Part shown: positions 33,590 to 42,615 of the stretch, piece by piece
Numbering within the stretch: position 1 is the stretch's first letter
Layout: every line of letters begins with the position of its first letter
Source of the DNA: Planctomycetota bacterium
GTDB taxonomy: Bacteria; Planctomycetota; PUPC01; DSUN01
Reading direction: 5' to 3'
Length of the DNA stretch: 64,000 nt
NCBI GenBank assembly: GCA_035384565.1
Contig: DAOOIT010000011.1
Location: 51,282-115,281 of the forward strand
Notes under the pieces: generated by a model
Database searches by the model: none
What the model was told of the DNA's origin: nothing
What the model saw: the letters and a program-made list of their open reading frames with translations, nothing else
Made by a program: the position numbers and the translations under genes

Positions 33590-34495
33590 TCACTTCTGAG
33601 CCGGCGGAGCGGGCCGAACGCAGCGGAAGCCAATGAGGCCGTTGCGGTCGGCGGCGAAGCAGACGTCGGTGAACTCGGGATACTCCTGGTCGCGGTAGGC
33701 GGAGCGGCACTGGGTGGCCTTGGAACTCCACGCCCCGCCGCGAATGACGCGGGTGTCGCCCTTCTCGGGGCCGCGGGGGTCGCGCTCGGGGCTTGCCTTG
33801 TAGTAGTCCTCGGCGTAGTAGTCGTGGCACCACTCCCACACGTTGCCGTAGAGGTCGTAGAGGCCCCAGGGGTTGGGGAGCTTCTGGCCGACGGCTTGCG
33901 GGGTGCGCATGCAGTTGTCGCGGAACCAGGCGTAGTCGCCGAGCTTGCCGGGGCCGCTGCCGAAGAACCAGGCTGTCGTCGTTCCTGCGCGGCAGGCGTA
34001 CTCCCACTCGGCCTCGGTGGGGAGGCGATAGCCGTCCGCCTCGAAATCGCAGCCCCACGTCTTCTCGTCGTAGGCGGGCCGAAGCCCTTCCTCGCGGGAG
34101 CGTGCGTTGCAGTAGGCGGCGGCCTGGCGCCAACGAATCTGTTCGACGGGGTTCCTCGGGTCTTTCCACAGCGACGGGTTCTTGCCCATCAGCCGCTCGT
34201 ATTCGGCCTGGGTCACTTCATGAATGTCCATGTAGAAGGCGTTGAGCGTGACTTGATGTGCCGGCTCATCTCCCTCGTCGTTCCTCTGGCTGCCCATGGT
34301 GAAGGTGCCGGCGGGAAGGAGGGTCAGTCGCACACCGCCCTTGGTCGTCGCGATGCCGGATGATTTCGCGGGTGGGGACGCGCGTTTCTCGCCGCAAGAG
34401 GCGAGGATAAGAGCAACGGCAAGCAAAGCGGCGAGAGCTCCGGAAGTTGTCATCGTGAGCCTATCGAACGACCTTTCAGGGGCCTGCTGTGCCAT
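33590..34495 (-). CDS. FGE-sulfatase (SUMF1) domain lipoprotein
   Basis: Lipobox LILASC, FYMDIHEVTQAEYERLMG, YRLPTEAEWEYACRAG, GNVWEWCHD, RGGAW. Start is ATG 34495 or ATG 34453. Confidence 0.8.
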   Translation of the reverse strand: MAQQAPERSFDRLTMTTSGALAALLAVALILASCGEKRASPPAKSSGIATTKGGVRLTLLPAGTFTMGSQRNDEGDEPAHQVTLNAFYMDIHEVTQAEYERLMGKNPSLWKDPRNPVEQIRWRQAAAYCNARSREEGLRPAYDEKTWGCDFEADGYRLPTEAEWEYACRAGTTTAWFFGSGPGKLGDYAWFRDNCMRTPQAVGQKLPNPWGLYDLYGNVWEWCHDYYAEDYYKASPERDPRGPEKGDTRVIRGGAWSSKATQCRSAYRDQEYPEFTDVCFAADRNGLIGFRCVRPAPPAQK

Positions 34496-34575
34496 GCCAG
34501 CGGTTCCTTCGCGATGCGTCAAGCCCTTGATCGGTTGCTCGACAAGTTCGCAATGACGAGGGGGGGGTGCCACGG

Positions 34576-35562
34576 TCACTTCTCCGCCGGCGGCAGCCAA
34601 TCGTAGTCCCAGTGGTGGCCGACCCAGCCTGGTGGGCTGAGGGTGAGCGTGGCGCCGTCGGCCACGCGGACGATGCAGAGGGGGCTGTGGACGCGCCAAC
34701 TGCCCTTGGGCGGAATCTTCACGTAGGCAATGTAGCGCCCGCAGTGGGACCAGCGGCCGCACGGGTCCTGGCCCATCGCCTCGGGCGGAAGCGTCACGAT
34801 CTTGCCATCGGTCGCTTCCGGCAGCGAGGGGTCGAACTTGCGCACGGCCAACGAGTTGCCTGCGTTCCAGCACATCCACTTGCCATCAGGCGAGAAGGCG
34901 GGGTGACACTCGCCCGCCTTCTCGGGATGGTTGGGCAGCTTGCGGATGGCGCCGCCCTCCGAGGGCATGATGTCAATCGTGTACTTGCAGCCCAGGTAGT
35001 CCCGTATCTCGAAGACGAACCACTTGCCGTCGGGCGAGAGGTCCACCACGCTTACGCGGCGCTCGACCTTGATCGGCTCGGTCGCCTCGCCTGTTGCCAC
35101 GTCTTTGTAAACGACGCCGCGCTTCTCGCAGGCCACGGTGCGCTTGCTGTCTGGCGTCCACACGTAGAAGCCGTCGAGGCGGCGGGTCTTGAGGGTCTTG
35201 GCGTCCACCACGAAGTCGCCATAGTTGTAGGTGAACATCGAGCCATCGGGCGAGGTGCGGGGCGTGCGCTCGTCCTGGTCGGGCGTGTCGGTGAGCTGCT
35301 GGAGGCCGGAACCGTCGGCATTGATGATGTACAGGTCGCGCGGCGGATAGGCCCCCTTGGGGTCGGGCGGCTTCTCCGGGTGCATGGCGATGACCAGGCG
35401 GTAGCCTGTGGCCCGGAGTTCCTCCTTCAGGTCCTTGATGCGCGGCTCGCCAAAGGGCTCACACCGGGCGGGCACTTCCCACGTCGCCCGAAGCGAGGGC
35501 GTCTCCCCGCCGCATGCCATTGCCCCGATGCCCAGCAGGAGAAGCGGCAGAAACCACCTCAT
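34576..35562 (-). CDS. TolB-like beta-propeller lipoprotein (PD40 repeats)
   Basis: Signal/lipobox MRWFLPLLLLGIGAMAC. Repeated SPDG motifs (TSPDGSMF, LSPDGKWFVF, FSPDGKWMCW). Confidence 0.7.
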   Translation of the reverse strand: MRWFLPLLLLGIGAMACGGETPSLRATWEVPARCEPFGEPRIKDLKEELRATGYRLVIAMHPEKPPDPKGAYPPRDLYIINADGSGLQQLTDTPDQDERTPRTSPDGSMFTYNYGDFVVDAKTLKTRRLDGFYVWTPDSKRTVACEKRGVVYKDVATGEATEPIKVERRVSVVDLSPDGKWFVFEIRDYLGCKYTIDIMPSEGGAIRKLPNHPEKAGECHPAFSPDGKWMCWNAGNSLAVRKFDPSLPEATDGKIVTLPPEAMGQDPCGRWSHCGRYIAYVKIPPKGSWRVHSPLCIVRVADGATLTLSPPGWVGHHWDYDWLPPAEK

Positions 35563-35924
35563 CGGTTGTTCCTCTCTGGCCAGCGGAAGTAGATGAACAG
35601 GCGCCCCCAGTTCTTCGAGTCGTGGTCAATGTTGCGGGTGACGGCTTTCACCTGCGGCTCCTTGAGAAAGCGGTCCACGCGGCGCTTGAGCTGCCCTGTC
35701 CCCTTGCCGTGGACGATCTGGAGGCACTTCACGCGAAGGCGCTGCGCCTCGTCGAAGGCATCGTGCAGTTCCCGCTCGATGGCTGCCCCGTCGCGGGCCA
35801 CCTCGTGGAGGTCAATCTTGATCTCGTCGGGCAAGCTGCGGTTCCCTTCAGTGCCGATGCCCTCCGCGTGAGCCCAACCGCATGATGATAGTGAAAACAG
35901 GCCCCCCAAGCAAAGCGAGGGCAT
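35559..35924 (-). CDS. Smr domain protein
   Basis: IDLHEV...LQIVHGKGTGQLKRRVDRFL (Smr LDLHG / HGxG pattern). The stop overlaps the downstream start (ATGA). Confidence 0.7.
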   Translation of the reverse strand: MPSLCLGGLFSLSSCGWAHAEGIGTEGNRSLPDEIKIDLHEVARDGAAIERELHDAFDEAQRLRVKCLQIVHGKGTGQLKRRVDRFLKEPQVKAVTRNIDHDSKNWGRLFIYFRWPERNNR

Positions 35925-35930
35925 GTGTCC

Positions 35931-35959
35931 TTGACTGCCGCGCGCCCAGGGAATATGAT
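35931..35959 (+). promoter_or_regulatory. Near-consensus sigma70-type promoter of the MNT-HEPN pair
   Basis: TTGACT (35931-35936), a 17-nt spacer, then TATGAT (35954-35959), 36 nt upstream of ATG 35995. Confidence 0.5.
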
Positions 35960-35994
35960 GATGTTGGTCTGAGAGTTGGGCCGAGGAGATCCTG

Positions 35995-36318
35995 ATGCAT
36001 CAGCCCGAGCAACTGCTGCGTGAGGTGGTCGCGCGAATCCGGCGGACGATTGACCCGGACCGCGTGATCCTGTTCGGCAGCCGTGCGCGGGGCGATGAAG
36101 GGCCGGACAGCGATCTGGACATCCTGGTCGTCGCGCCGTCGCCGCTTCCGCGCTGGAAGCGCACCGTGCCCCTGTACCGCGTCCTCGCCGGCCTCGGCGT
36201 GCCGAAGGACGTCGTGTGGTGGACGCCCGACGAGATTGACGAATGGCGGGCCGTCCGCTCCCACTTCATCACCACGGCCCTGCGGGAAGGGAGGGTGCTC
36301 TATGAAAGGCCCGCGTGA
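35995..36318 (+). CDS. Nucleotidyltransferase (MNT-type) antitoxin
   Basis: VILFGSRARGDEGPDSDLDILVV (GS-x10-DxD nucleotidyltransferase motif). 107 aa. Confidence 0.8.
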   Translation: MHQPEQLLREVVARIRRTIDPDRVILFGSRARGDEGPDSDLDILVVAPSPLPRWKRTVPLYRVLAGLGVPKDVVWWTPDEIDEWRAVRSHFITTALREGRVLYERPA

Positions 36319-36724
36319 GCACGCCCTCGGCCTTCTCGCCAAGGCCGATCACGATCTGGTCGCCGCGAAGGCCACCCTGCCCACGGGAGACGCCTACGAT
36401 ACCATCTGCTTCCACGCGCAGCAGGCCGTGGAGAAATGTCTGAAGGCATTGCTGGCGGTCAAGGACATCGAGTATCCCCGAAGGCACGACCTCGGCGAGC
36501 TGCTCGCGCTGGCGAAGCCGCACTACCCCAACCTACGCCCACTTGAGGATGCCATCCTGGAACTGGCGCCCTACGCTGTGGATGTGCGGTACGACGACGA
36601 AGTTACCCCCGGTGCCGATGACGCTCGGCCCGCGCTTGACACCGCGCTCGCCGTCCGCGCCCTTGCGCGGTTGACTCTGGCGTCGGGCGAAGAGCAGCCA
36701 GACGCAGCTGCTCCTGGCGAATGA
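36302..36724 (+). CDS. HEPN domain toxin
   Basis: HEPN pattern, including the RRHDLGEL motif (R-x4-H type). ATG 36302 overlaps the MNT gene by 17 nt. Confidence 0.75.
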   Translation: MKGPREHALGLLAKADHDLVAAKATLPTGDAYDTICFHAQQAVEKCLKALLAVKDIEYPRRHDLGELLALAKPHYPNLRPLEDAILELAPYAVDVRYDDEVTPGADDARPALDTALAVRALARLTLASGEEQPDAAAPGE

Positions 36725-36804
36725 TCGGGGACTGCCGCCGTCGCAGATGGCTTCCCAGTCACAAGCTGGTCTCGCCAGCCCGCCGCCCATCCGTGGTACC
36801 CACC

Positions 36805-37260
36805 CTAGACCCGCCGTGCGGCAGAGGCGTTGAGCCGCTCTGTGATGTCCTGCTTGTCGGCGGACCTCCGCACTTCGTTTGCGTTGATGTACTTCGAGTC
36901 TGTGCTCAGCCTGCGCAATCGTTCAGCTGCCGTTCGCGTCAGCAACCAGCCTTCTGTCACCCAACCGGTCTCAGGATCCACAAGGACCACGGCGAGGTGC
37001 GTCATCGCTCCTTCCTCGAAGTTGTTCGCATTGCACTTGACGACTGTCGCTTTGCCTCCTGGAGTGCGCGCCAACTTGGACTTGACCTCGACCCGTGCCG
37101 GCTGCCCACTGACCTGTGTATCGATATCGAACCCTTTGTTCCCATGTGGCCTCTTCTTGCCGCCGAACGCCAGCGCGACAAGAATCGCGCCGTACTCTCC
37201 CACACTCAGGGAGTACTTCAGGAAGTAGTCACGATGGGTCACGATTGGCGACGCCGCCAT
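36805..37260 (-). CDS. Hypothetical protein with a PD-(D/E)xK-like motif (possibly DUF6998-like)
   Basis: 151-aa ORF in a locally less GC-rich patch. GEYGAILVALAFGG...GFDIDT...ARVEVKSK resembles a D...E-x-K nuclease core. The assignment is weak. Confidence 0.4.
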   Translation of the reverse strand: MAASPIVTHRDYFLKYSLSVGEYGAILVALAFGGKKRPHGNKGFDIDTQVSGQPARVEVKSKLARTPGGKATVVKCNANNFEEGAMTHLAVVLVDPETGWVTEGWLLTRTAAERLRRLSTDSKYINANEVRRSADKQDITERLNASAARRV

Positions 37261-37326
37261 AGCCGCTCTCCTCGTCCCCTCCTGGGTTCCCGCATTCCTT
37301 ATGGTCCATTCCTCTCTGGCCGGCCG

Positions 37327-38406
37327 CTACCGCCTCCGTTCCCCTGCCCGCCTGTCAATCACCCGCGAGATAGCGAGCATGTTGGCCTGCCAGCGGCCTT
37401 CGGGGATGTCTTCGGTGATGCCGATGAGCAATCGGTTGCCAGGGGCCGCCTCGCGGATGATCTGCCTCGTGGCCGACTCGATCTTCTCGATGCTGGCGAG
37501 GTGGAGCGAGGAGGGGAAGTTGATCCAGAGCACTTTCCCAGGCCACGCAGCTAGCGCATCGGCCACGCTCATGTCGGTGTCGGGCGATGGAGTGAATGCC
37601 TCGACGTAGTCGAGCCCCGACCCCGCCACGGCCTCGGCCCAGAGGCGGTTGTTGCCGTCGAGGTGCGCGCCGATGAGCTTGCCGTGCCTGTGGAAGACCT
37701 CGGCGGCCTCGTTGTAGAGGGGGACGACGTATTTCTCGAAGCGCTCCTTGCCCATGACCTCGGGCACTTCGTTGCCGCCGTAGTTGGCGTGGAGGGCGGG
37801 CGAGGCGGCGACGAGAGGCCAGATGCGGCGGTGCTGGGCGACCATCGCGTCGTAGAGCCGCAGCACCTCGTCGCGCCGCTCGGCCCACTCGACGGCGAAC
37901 GCCTCGTGGCCCATCCAGTGGATCATGATTTCGTGGAGGGGCGTGAGGCCGATGCCGGCGCGGAGGATGAAGTCCTCGCCGAGCGTGCGGTCGGCCTTGG
38001 CGAAGTCCGCGTAGTTCGGCTCGTGGCGCTGGTCGTTGACCATGAAGAGGAGCGGCTTATAGTCCTCGGGCCGCTTGAAGAGGCGTTCGAGGGTCCAGGA
38101 GGTGAAGCCCGCGGGCTGGGCGAGCGAGGTCAGCTCGCCGACGGGAGTGCGGATGAGCGTCCGCACCCGCTCCTTGCCATCTTCCGTGTAGCGGCGGGTT
38201 TCGATCGTCACGTTGGGCCGCGTCGTCGTGACCACGCCGCAGCCGCGGACGATGCAGAGTCCGTTGTTGCGCAGTTGTCGCTCGACGACGCACTGGGGCA
38301 CCATGTTCTGGTACATCGTCAGCGGCGTCTTGTCGGGTACCTCCTGGCGGAGCACCCTCTCGACGCGGCGGCGGGGGGTGATGACGCTCTTCCGCAGTGC
38401 TCTCAC
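37327..38406 (-). CDS. URO-D/MtaA-like family protein, paralogue 3
   Basis: 359-aa URO-D-like sequence, located upstream of nothing related to haem and downstream of GH4. Confidence 0.6.
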   Translation of the reverse strand: MRALRKSVITPRRRVERVLRQEVPDKTPLTMYQNMVPQCVVERQLRNNGLCIVRGCGVVTTTRPNVTIETRRYTEDGKERVRTLIRTPVGELTSLAQPAGFTSWTLERLFKRPEDYKPLLFMVNDQRHEPNYADFAKADRTLGEDFILRAGIGLTPLHEIMIHWMGHEAFAVEWAERRDEVLRLYDAMVAQHRRIWPLVAASPALHANYGGNEVPEVMGKERFEKYVVPLYNEAAEVFHRHGKLIGAHLDGNNRLWAEAVAGSGLDYVEAFTPSPDTDMSVADALAAWPGKVLWINFPSSLHLASIEKIESATRQIIREAAPGNRLLIGITEDIPEGRWQANMLAISRVIDRRAGERRR

Positions 38407-38478
38407 AGCTCATCCCCTCTTCTCACGCGGCACCCGTGACCGGTGATCAGACGGATCAGACGGATCGGACCGACTTGG

Positions 38479-39789
38479 TCACAAGCGCCTGAAGCGAGCC
38501 AGGCGCTCGCCCTGGGCTTCGATGAGGGCGTCGAGGATGGCCTCGGGCTCGCGGAAGTTGAGGACCATGGGGTCGCAGGCCAATGCCTGAAGCGCCTTCT
38601 CGCGGCTGCCCTCCAGGGCCGCGTCCACGAGCAATTCGTGGGCATACACTTGTGCGAGGCTCCAGCGGGCGGCCTGCGGGGGCAGTTCGCCGACGAAGAC
38701 CGGGCTGGCGCCGCCCGCTCCGATGACGGCCTTCAACTCGAACACGGCCCAGTCGGGCACGTTGGTCACGGCGCCGCGGTTGGGGGTGTTGACGTAGTCG
38801 AGCCGCTCGACGCCAAGGGCGAGGGCGCGAATCTGCTCGCCCATGCTCTCGGGCGAGGCGGCGGACGGGATTGCGGGCGGGAGCTTGCCTCGAGCGCGAA
38901 GCTGGAGCTGGGACGGCTCCTTGCTCAGCTCGCGGGCGAGGGCGCCCTCGCGAATCATGTCCGACCGCCATTGCATGCCGTAGGGCAGTTCCTCGGGCTT
39001 GGTGGGGATGCGGGCGTGGGGGAAGAACTCAACGATGTGGCGGTCGCCGGCAATGGGGTAGAGGCCGAAGAGGGCCAGCACCTCGCGGGCGAAGGTGCGG
39101 GTCGGCTCCGGCGCCGCGGCCAGGATGCGGCGCTTCAGCTCGGGATAGACGTCCCGCCCCTTGTGCCGGATGCCCAGGAGCCACAGGATGTGGTTGGGGC
39201 CGGCGGCGGTGACGTGCAGTTCCTCGGCGGGGAGGCCGAGCACCTTGGCGAACCAGCGGGTCTCATAGGCCACGTTGTGGCAGTACCCGATGGTGCGGAT
39301 GCCGGTGGCCTTGATCACCGCGCGGCAAATGGGGGCCATCGGGTTCGAGTGGTTGAGCAGGAAGGCGTGAGGGCAGTAGCGGGCCATCTGGCGCGCGATT
39401 TCCACGTAGATCGGGATGATGCGGAGCCCCTGGGAGATGCCCGAGGGGCCGACGCTGTCGCCGGTGGTCTGGATGATGCCGAGGCGAGCGACGGCGTCAA
39501 CGTCGGCCTTGTGCCAGCGCTGGCCGGGCCCGTGGACGCCGATGGAGCCGATGGCGAAGTCGGCGCCGTCGAGCGCGCGCGGCAGGTCGGCCGTGGCCGT
39601 GAGCTTGAGCTTCGCCCCGGCCGCGGCGATGATGCGCTGCCCCGCGCGGCGCACGACGCCCATTCGCCTGGGGTCCACGTCGTAAAGCACCACGGAACAG
39701 CCTGCGAGGTCGGGTGTCGTGGCCAGCTCGCCGATCACCTGCTCGTGGTAGAAGCTGCCGCCGCCCAGAAGGACGATCTTGCTCTTCAT
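38479..39789 (-). CDS. Glycoside hydrolase family 4 (NAD-dependent glycosidase)
   Basis: N-terminal Rossmann segment MKSKIVLLGGGS, GH4-type LLNHSNPMAPICRAV, GYCHN. Confidence 0.8.
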   Translation of the reverse strand: MKSKIVLLGGGSFYHEQVIGELATTPDLAGCSVVLYDVDPRRMGVVRRAGQRIIAAAGAKLKLTATADLPRALDGADFAIGSIGVHGPGQRWHKADVDAVARLGIIQTTGDSVGPSGISQGLRIIPIYVEIARQMARYCPHAFLLNHSNPMAPICRAVIKATGIRTIGYCHNVAYETRWFAKVLGLPAEELHVTAAGPNHILWLLGIRHKGRDVYPELKRRILAAAPEPTRTFAREVLALFGLYPIAGDRHIVEFFPHARIPTKPEELPYGMQWRSDMIREGALARELSKEPSQLQLRARGKLPPAIPSAASPESMGEQIRALALGVERLDYVNTPNRGAVTNVPDWAVFELKAVIGAGGASPVFVGELPPQAARWSLAQVYAHELLVDAALEGSREKALQALACDPMVLNFREPEAILDALIEAQGERLARFRRL

Positions 39790-39790
39790 C

Positions 39791-40744
39791 TCACTTCCCC
39801 ACTTTGCTCACGTCCCAGAGGTGGATCGTGCGGTCTTCACTGCCGCTGGCGAGGGTCTTGCCGTCGGGGCTGAAGGCGAGGGCGGAGACGGCGCCCTCGT
39901 GGGCCCTGAGGGTGGCGGCCAGATGCCCCGTCTGGGGGTTCCAGAGCTTGACGGCCCCCTCGGGGCCGCCGGTGGCGAGGAGCGCGCCGTCGGGCGAGAA
40001 GGCCAGCGGCGAGTTCGGAGCGCATTGGGGCAGCGTGCGGAGCAGCCGCCCGCCCTTGGTGGCGAAGAGCTGCACCGTGGGCGCGTCGCTGCCGGAGGCG
40101 AGCATCCCACCTGCGGGCGAGAACGCCACCGTGATCTTGCCCTTGCCGTTGAGAAGGCTGATGGCTTGGCTGCCCGTCGTGACGTTCCACAGCAGGAGTC
40201 GGCCGAAGCGGCCGCCTCCGGCGAGCAAGGCGCCATCGGGCGAGAAGGCCGCCGAGTGCGCGCCCCAGCGAATGGTCATCGTGTGAAGGGCATTGCCGCT
40301 GGCCACGTTCCACAGCTTCACCGCCTCGTCGCCATCGCAGGCCGTGGCCAGCAGCTTGCCGTCGCGCGAGAAGGCCACGGCGTTCACGCCGCCCTTATGT
40401 CCGGCGATGTCGCGAATGACCTTGCCGGAAGCCGCGTCGAGCAGCCGCAGCGAGGTGTCGCCGCCGCCGACGGCCAGCGTCTTGCCGTCGGGCGAGAGGG
40501 CGAGGCACGCCACGCTGCCCTTCTCGCCTCGGTGGCACTGCTTGAGCTCGCCCGACTGTGCGTCCCAGAAGTAGATCGCGGCATCCACGTAGCTTCCCGC
40601 GCTGATGAGCGTTCTGCCGTCGGGCGTGAAGGCCAGGCCGCCGATGAGCGACAGGTGGCCTTCGAGCGTGAGGGCCGGCTCGGGCGCCTCCTCGCCGGCG
40701 AACGCCATAGCCAAGAGGAAGAGACAGAGATGTAGGGCGTGCAT
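39791..40744 (-). CDS. Secreted WD40-repeat protein
   Basis: Signal peptide MHALHLCLFLLAMAFA. Seven WD40-like repeats (FSPDG...LWN/LWD). ATG 40744 lies inside a solo REP unit. Confidence 0.75.
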   Translation of the reverse strand: MHALHLCLFLLAMAFAGEEAPEPALTLEGHLSLIGGLAFTPDGRTLISAGSYVDAAIYFWDAQSGELKQCHRGEKGSVACLALSPDGKTLAVGGGDTSLRLLDAASGKVIRDIAGHKGGVNAVAFSRDGKLLATACDGDEAVKLWNVASGNALHTMTIRWGAHSAAFSPDGALLAGGGRFGRLLLWNVTTGSQAISLLNGKGKITVAFSPAGGMLASGSDAPTVQLFATKGGRLLRTLPQCAPNSPLAFSPDGALLATGGPEGAVKLWNPQTGHLAATLRAHEGAVSALAFSPDGKTLASGSEDRTIHLWDVSKVGK

Positions 40745-40755
40745 ACTTGCACGCG
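40732..40755. repeat. Solo REP unit of the RAYT-associated family
   Basis: GTAGGGCGTGCATACTTGCACGCG, identical to the units flanking the RAYT gene 22 kb away. Confidence 0.8.
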
Positions 40756-40787
40756 GAACCCAGGACGACGACGAGGACGATCGGGGC

Positions 40788-41720
40788 CTATACATTGCCC
40801 ACCCCGCTCTTCGCAATCAGGGCCTTCATCTTCTCCATGCACAGGCGCGCGACCTCGAAGGGGTCCTTCTTCCAGAGTTCCTGGTTGAACAGCTCGACCG
40901 AGAGCGGCCCGCGGAAGCCGCTGGCCCACAGGTCACGGAGCAACTGCGGCAGCGGCAGAATGCCGTCGCCAGGCAAAATGCGGTCGCCGTCGCGGAGCTG
41001 GAACTGTTCGGGCTCCTTCGGCACGTCGTTGATGTGCCACACGGCGTAGATCGCGCCGGCCAGGTAGCGCACGCCTGCAAAGGACGAGCCGCCGCGGTAG
41101 AGGTGGAACGAGTCAGGCACGATTCGCGCGTCGGGGCTATCGGCCTCGATGGCGATGGCCGCCGCCTGGCCCAGGGTGTGGACGCCCTTGATCGGGCCGA
41201 GGAACTCGATGGCCACCGTGATGCCAAACTCCTTGCCCAGGGCGAGCAACTCGCGGTAGCGTTTCGCCGCCCAGCGCACGTCAAGGTCCGGCCGGTCGGG
41301 CCCGGGCACGGCGGCGATGTGCTTCGCCCCGACCTTCGCCGCCTGGGCAAGCTGCGGCTTGAGCTGCTCGTAGCGCTTCGTCTTCTCCTCTTCGTCCACC
41401 GGCATCGAGTTCCAGATGCCGATGACATTGGGCACTTCGAGCCCGAGGTCTGCCAGCAGCTTCCTCAGGTCCTCGAGCGGCCGCCCATCCTTCTCGTGCC
41501 TCGACAGATCGCCGCTCCACAGCTCGATCGAGTCGAAGCCCGCCTTGGCCGTCGCCCGGATCTTGTCTTCCAGGCTGGCGCCGCGCAGGGTGCTGGTGTT
41601 GATGCCCAGCCTCCACTTGCCCGCGGCGGGCGCAGGCTCGGCGGCGCGCGCCGGGAGCACGACTGCCGCGGCTCCCAGGCCGCCCGCTCCAATCCACTCG
41701 CGTCGCGTCAGGCTGCTCAT
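40788..41720 (-). CDS. Sugar phosphate isomerase/epimerase (xylose isomerase-like TIM barrel) with TAT signal
   Basis: MSSLTRREWIGAGGLGAAAVVLPARA twin-arginine signal. AGFDSIELW and AIEFLG are typical of the AP_endonuc_2 TIM barrel. Confidence 0.75.
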   Translation of the reverse strand: MSSLTRREWIGAGGLGAAAVVLPARAAEPAPAAGKWRLGINTSTLRGASLEDKIRATAKAGFDSIELWSGDLSRHEKDGRPLEDLRKLLADLGLEVPNVIGIWNSMPVDEEEKTKRYEQLKPQLAQAAKVGAKHIAAVPGPDRPDLDVRWAAKRYRELLALGKEFGITVAIEFLGPIKGVHTLGQAAAIAIEADSPDARIVPDSFHLYRGGSSFAGVRYLAGAIYAVWHINDVPKEPEQFQLRDGDRILPGDGILPLPQLLRDLWASGFRGPLSVELFNQELWKKDPFEVARLCMEKMKALIAKSGVGNV

Positions 41721-41832
41721 GCGTCTCGGGTTCTCCTGTGCCGCCCCTCCGTCGCCGCCCAATCATAGGGAATGCCGGCCGACAGGTCAACCGACGCATG
41801 GCCCTCGTTGCGATTCAGGGGCCGCGCCACAC

Positions 41833-41862
41833 TTGACAAAGGCCCGCCTGATCATCTATGCT
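41833..41862 (+). promoter_or_regulatory. Putative sigma70-type promoter of the small lipoprotein gene
   Basis: TTGACA (41833-41838), an 18-nt spacer, then TATGCT (41857-41862). Confidence 0.45.
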
Positions 41863-41916
41863 ATTGACGCAAGGTGGCATTGTGGCCACTGCAGGCAACT
41901 CTTAGGGGACGTTGAT

Positions 41917-42132
41917 ATGTGGAGAGCGTTGCTGGCTGCGGTGTTCGCCGGTTCGATGGCCCTGGGCACCATGGGGTGCGGTGAGGAGTCCGCCCCGCCT
42001 CCCCCAGAGAAGAAGCAGTCCAAGATCGAGGGCATCATCAAGAAGGCCGGCGAGGAAGTGAAGAAGGGCGTCGAGGAAGTCAAGAAGGACGCCGAGGATG
42101 TGAAGAAGGCGGTCGAGGACGCGACGAAGTGA
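41917..42132 (+). CDS. Small Lys/Glu-rich lipoprotein (71 aa)
   Basis: MWRALLAAVFAGSMALGTMGC lipobox, then the repetitive KKAGEEVKKGVEEVKKDAEDVKKAVEDATK. AGGGGA lies upstream. Confidence 0.6.
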   Translation: MWRALLAAVFAGSMALGTMGCGEESAPPPPEKKQSKIEGIIKKAGEEVKKGVEEVKKDAEDVKKAVEDATK

Positions 42133-42193
42133 GTTCGTTGGCGGCCTCTCGCCAATGCACGCCTTGAGCCGTCCGACTCAGGCTGCACGCCAA

Positions 42194-42227
42194 CGGGGCG
42201 GGCCTTTCGCACGAAGGGCCCGCCCCG
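42194..42227. terminator. GC-rich hairpin between convergent genes (terminator-like)
   Basis: CGGGGCGGGCCTT-TCGCACG-AAGGGCCCGCCCCG (one bulge). Confidence 0.5.
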
Positions 42228-42249
42228 AGCGTTCTGGGGGCGGCGCCGT

Positions 42250-42615
42250 TCACGGTTCGGTGCGGAAGCCGCGGTCGCCGGACGAGTAGGCCACGACCAT
42301 CTCGGCGTCCTCCTCGCCGATGCTCGTGGCGTTGTGGGGCACGCCGGCATCGAGCACGAGGGTGTCGCCCGGCTCCAGGACCACCTGGGCGTCGCCCATC
42401 GTGTGGCGAAGTCGTCCTCTGAGCAGGTAGAGCGCTTCCTCGCAGTTCGGGTGGCTGTGGCGGGGGTTTGACATCCCCCTCCGGATCACCACACGGCCCA
42501 ACGTCAGCCCCTGGGCGTTGCCGATTCCCCGCCCTGCGAGCCACGTGAGGCTGCCCCAGCGCTCCTCGACGCGATGCGCGGCGGCCTCGGCTGCGGTTCG
42601 GATGTTGCTGCTCAT
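42250..42615 (-). CDS. Cupin domain protein
   Basis: RHSHPNCEEALYLLRGRL...GDTLVLDAGVPHN (cupin motifs 1 and 2). ATG 42615 overlaps the upstream stop (ATGA). Confidence 0.75.
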   Translation of the reverse strand: MSSNIRTAAEAAAHRVEERWGSLTWLAGRGIGNAQGLTLGRVVIRRGMSNPRHSHPNCEEALYLLRGRLRHTMGDAQVVLEPGDTLVLDAGVPHNATSIGEEDAEMVVAYSSGDRGFRTEP

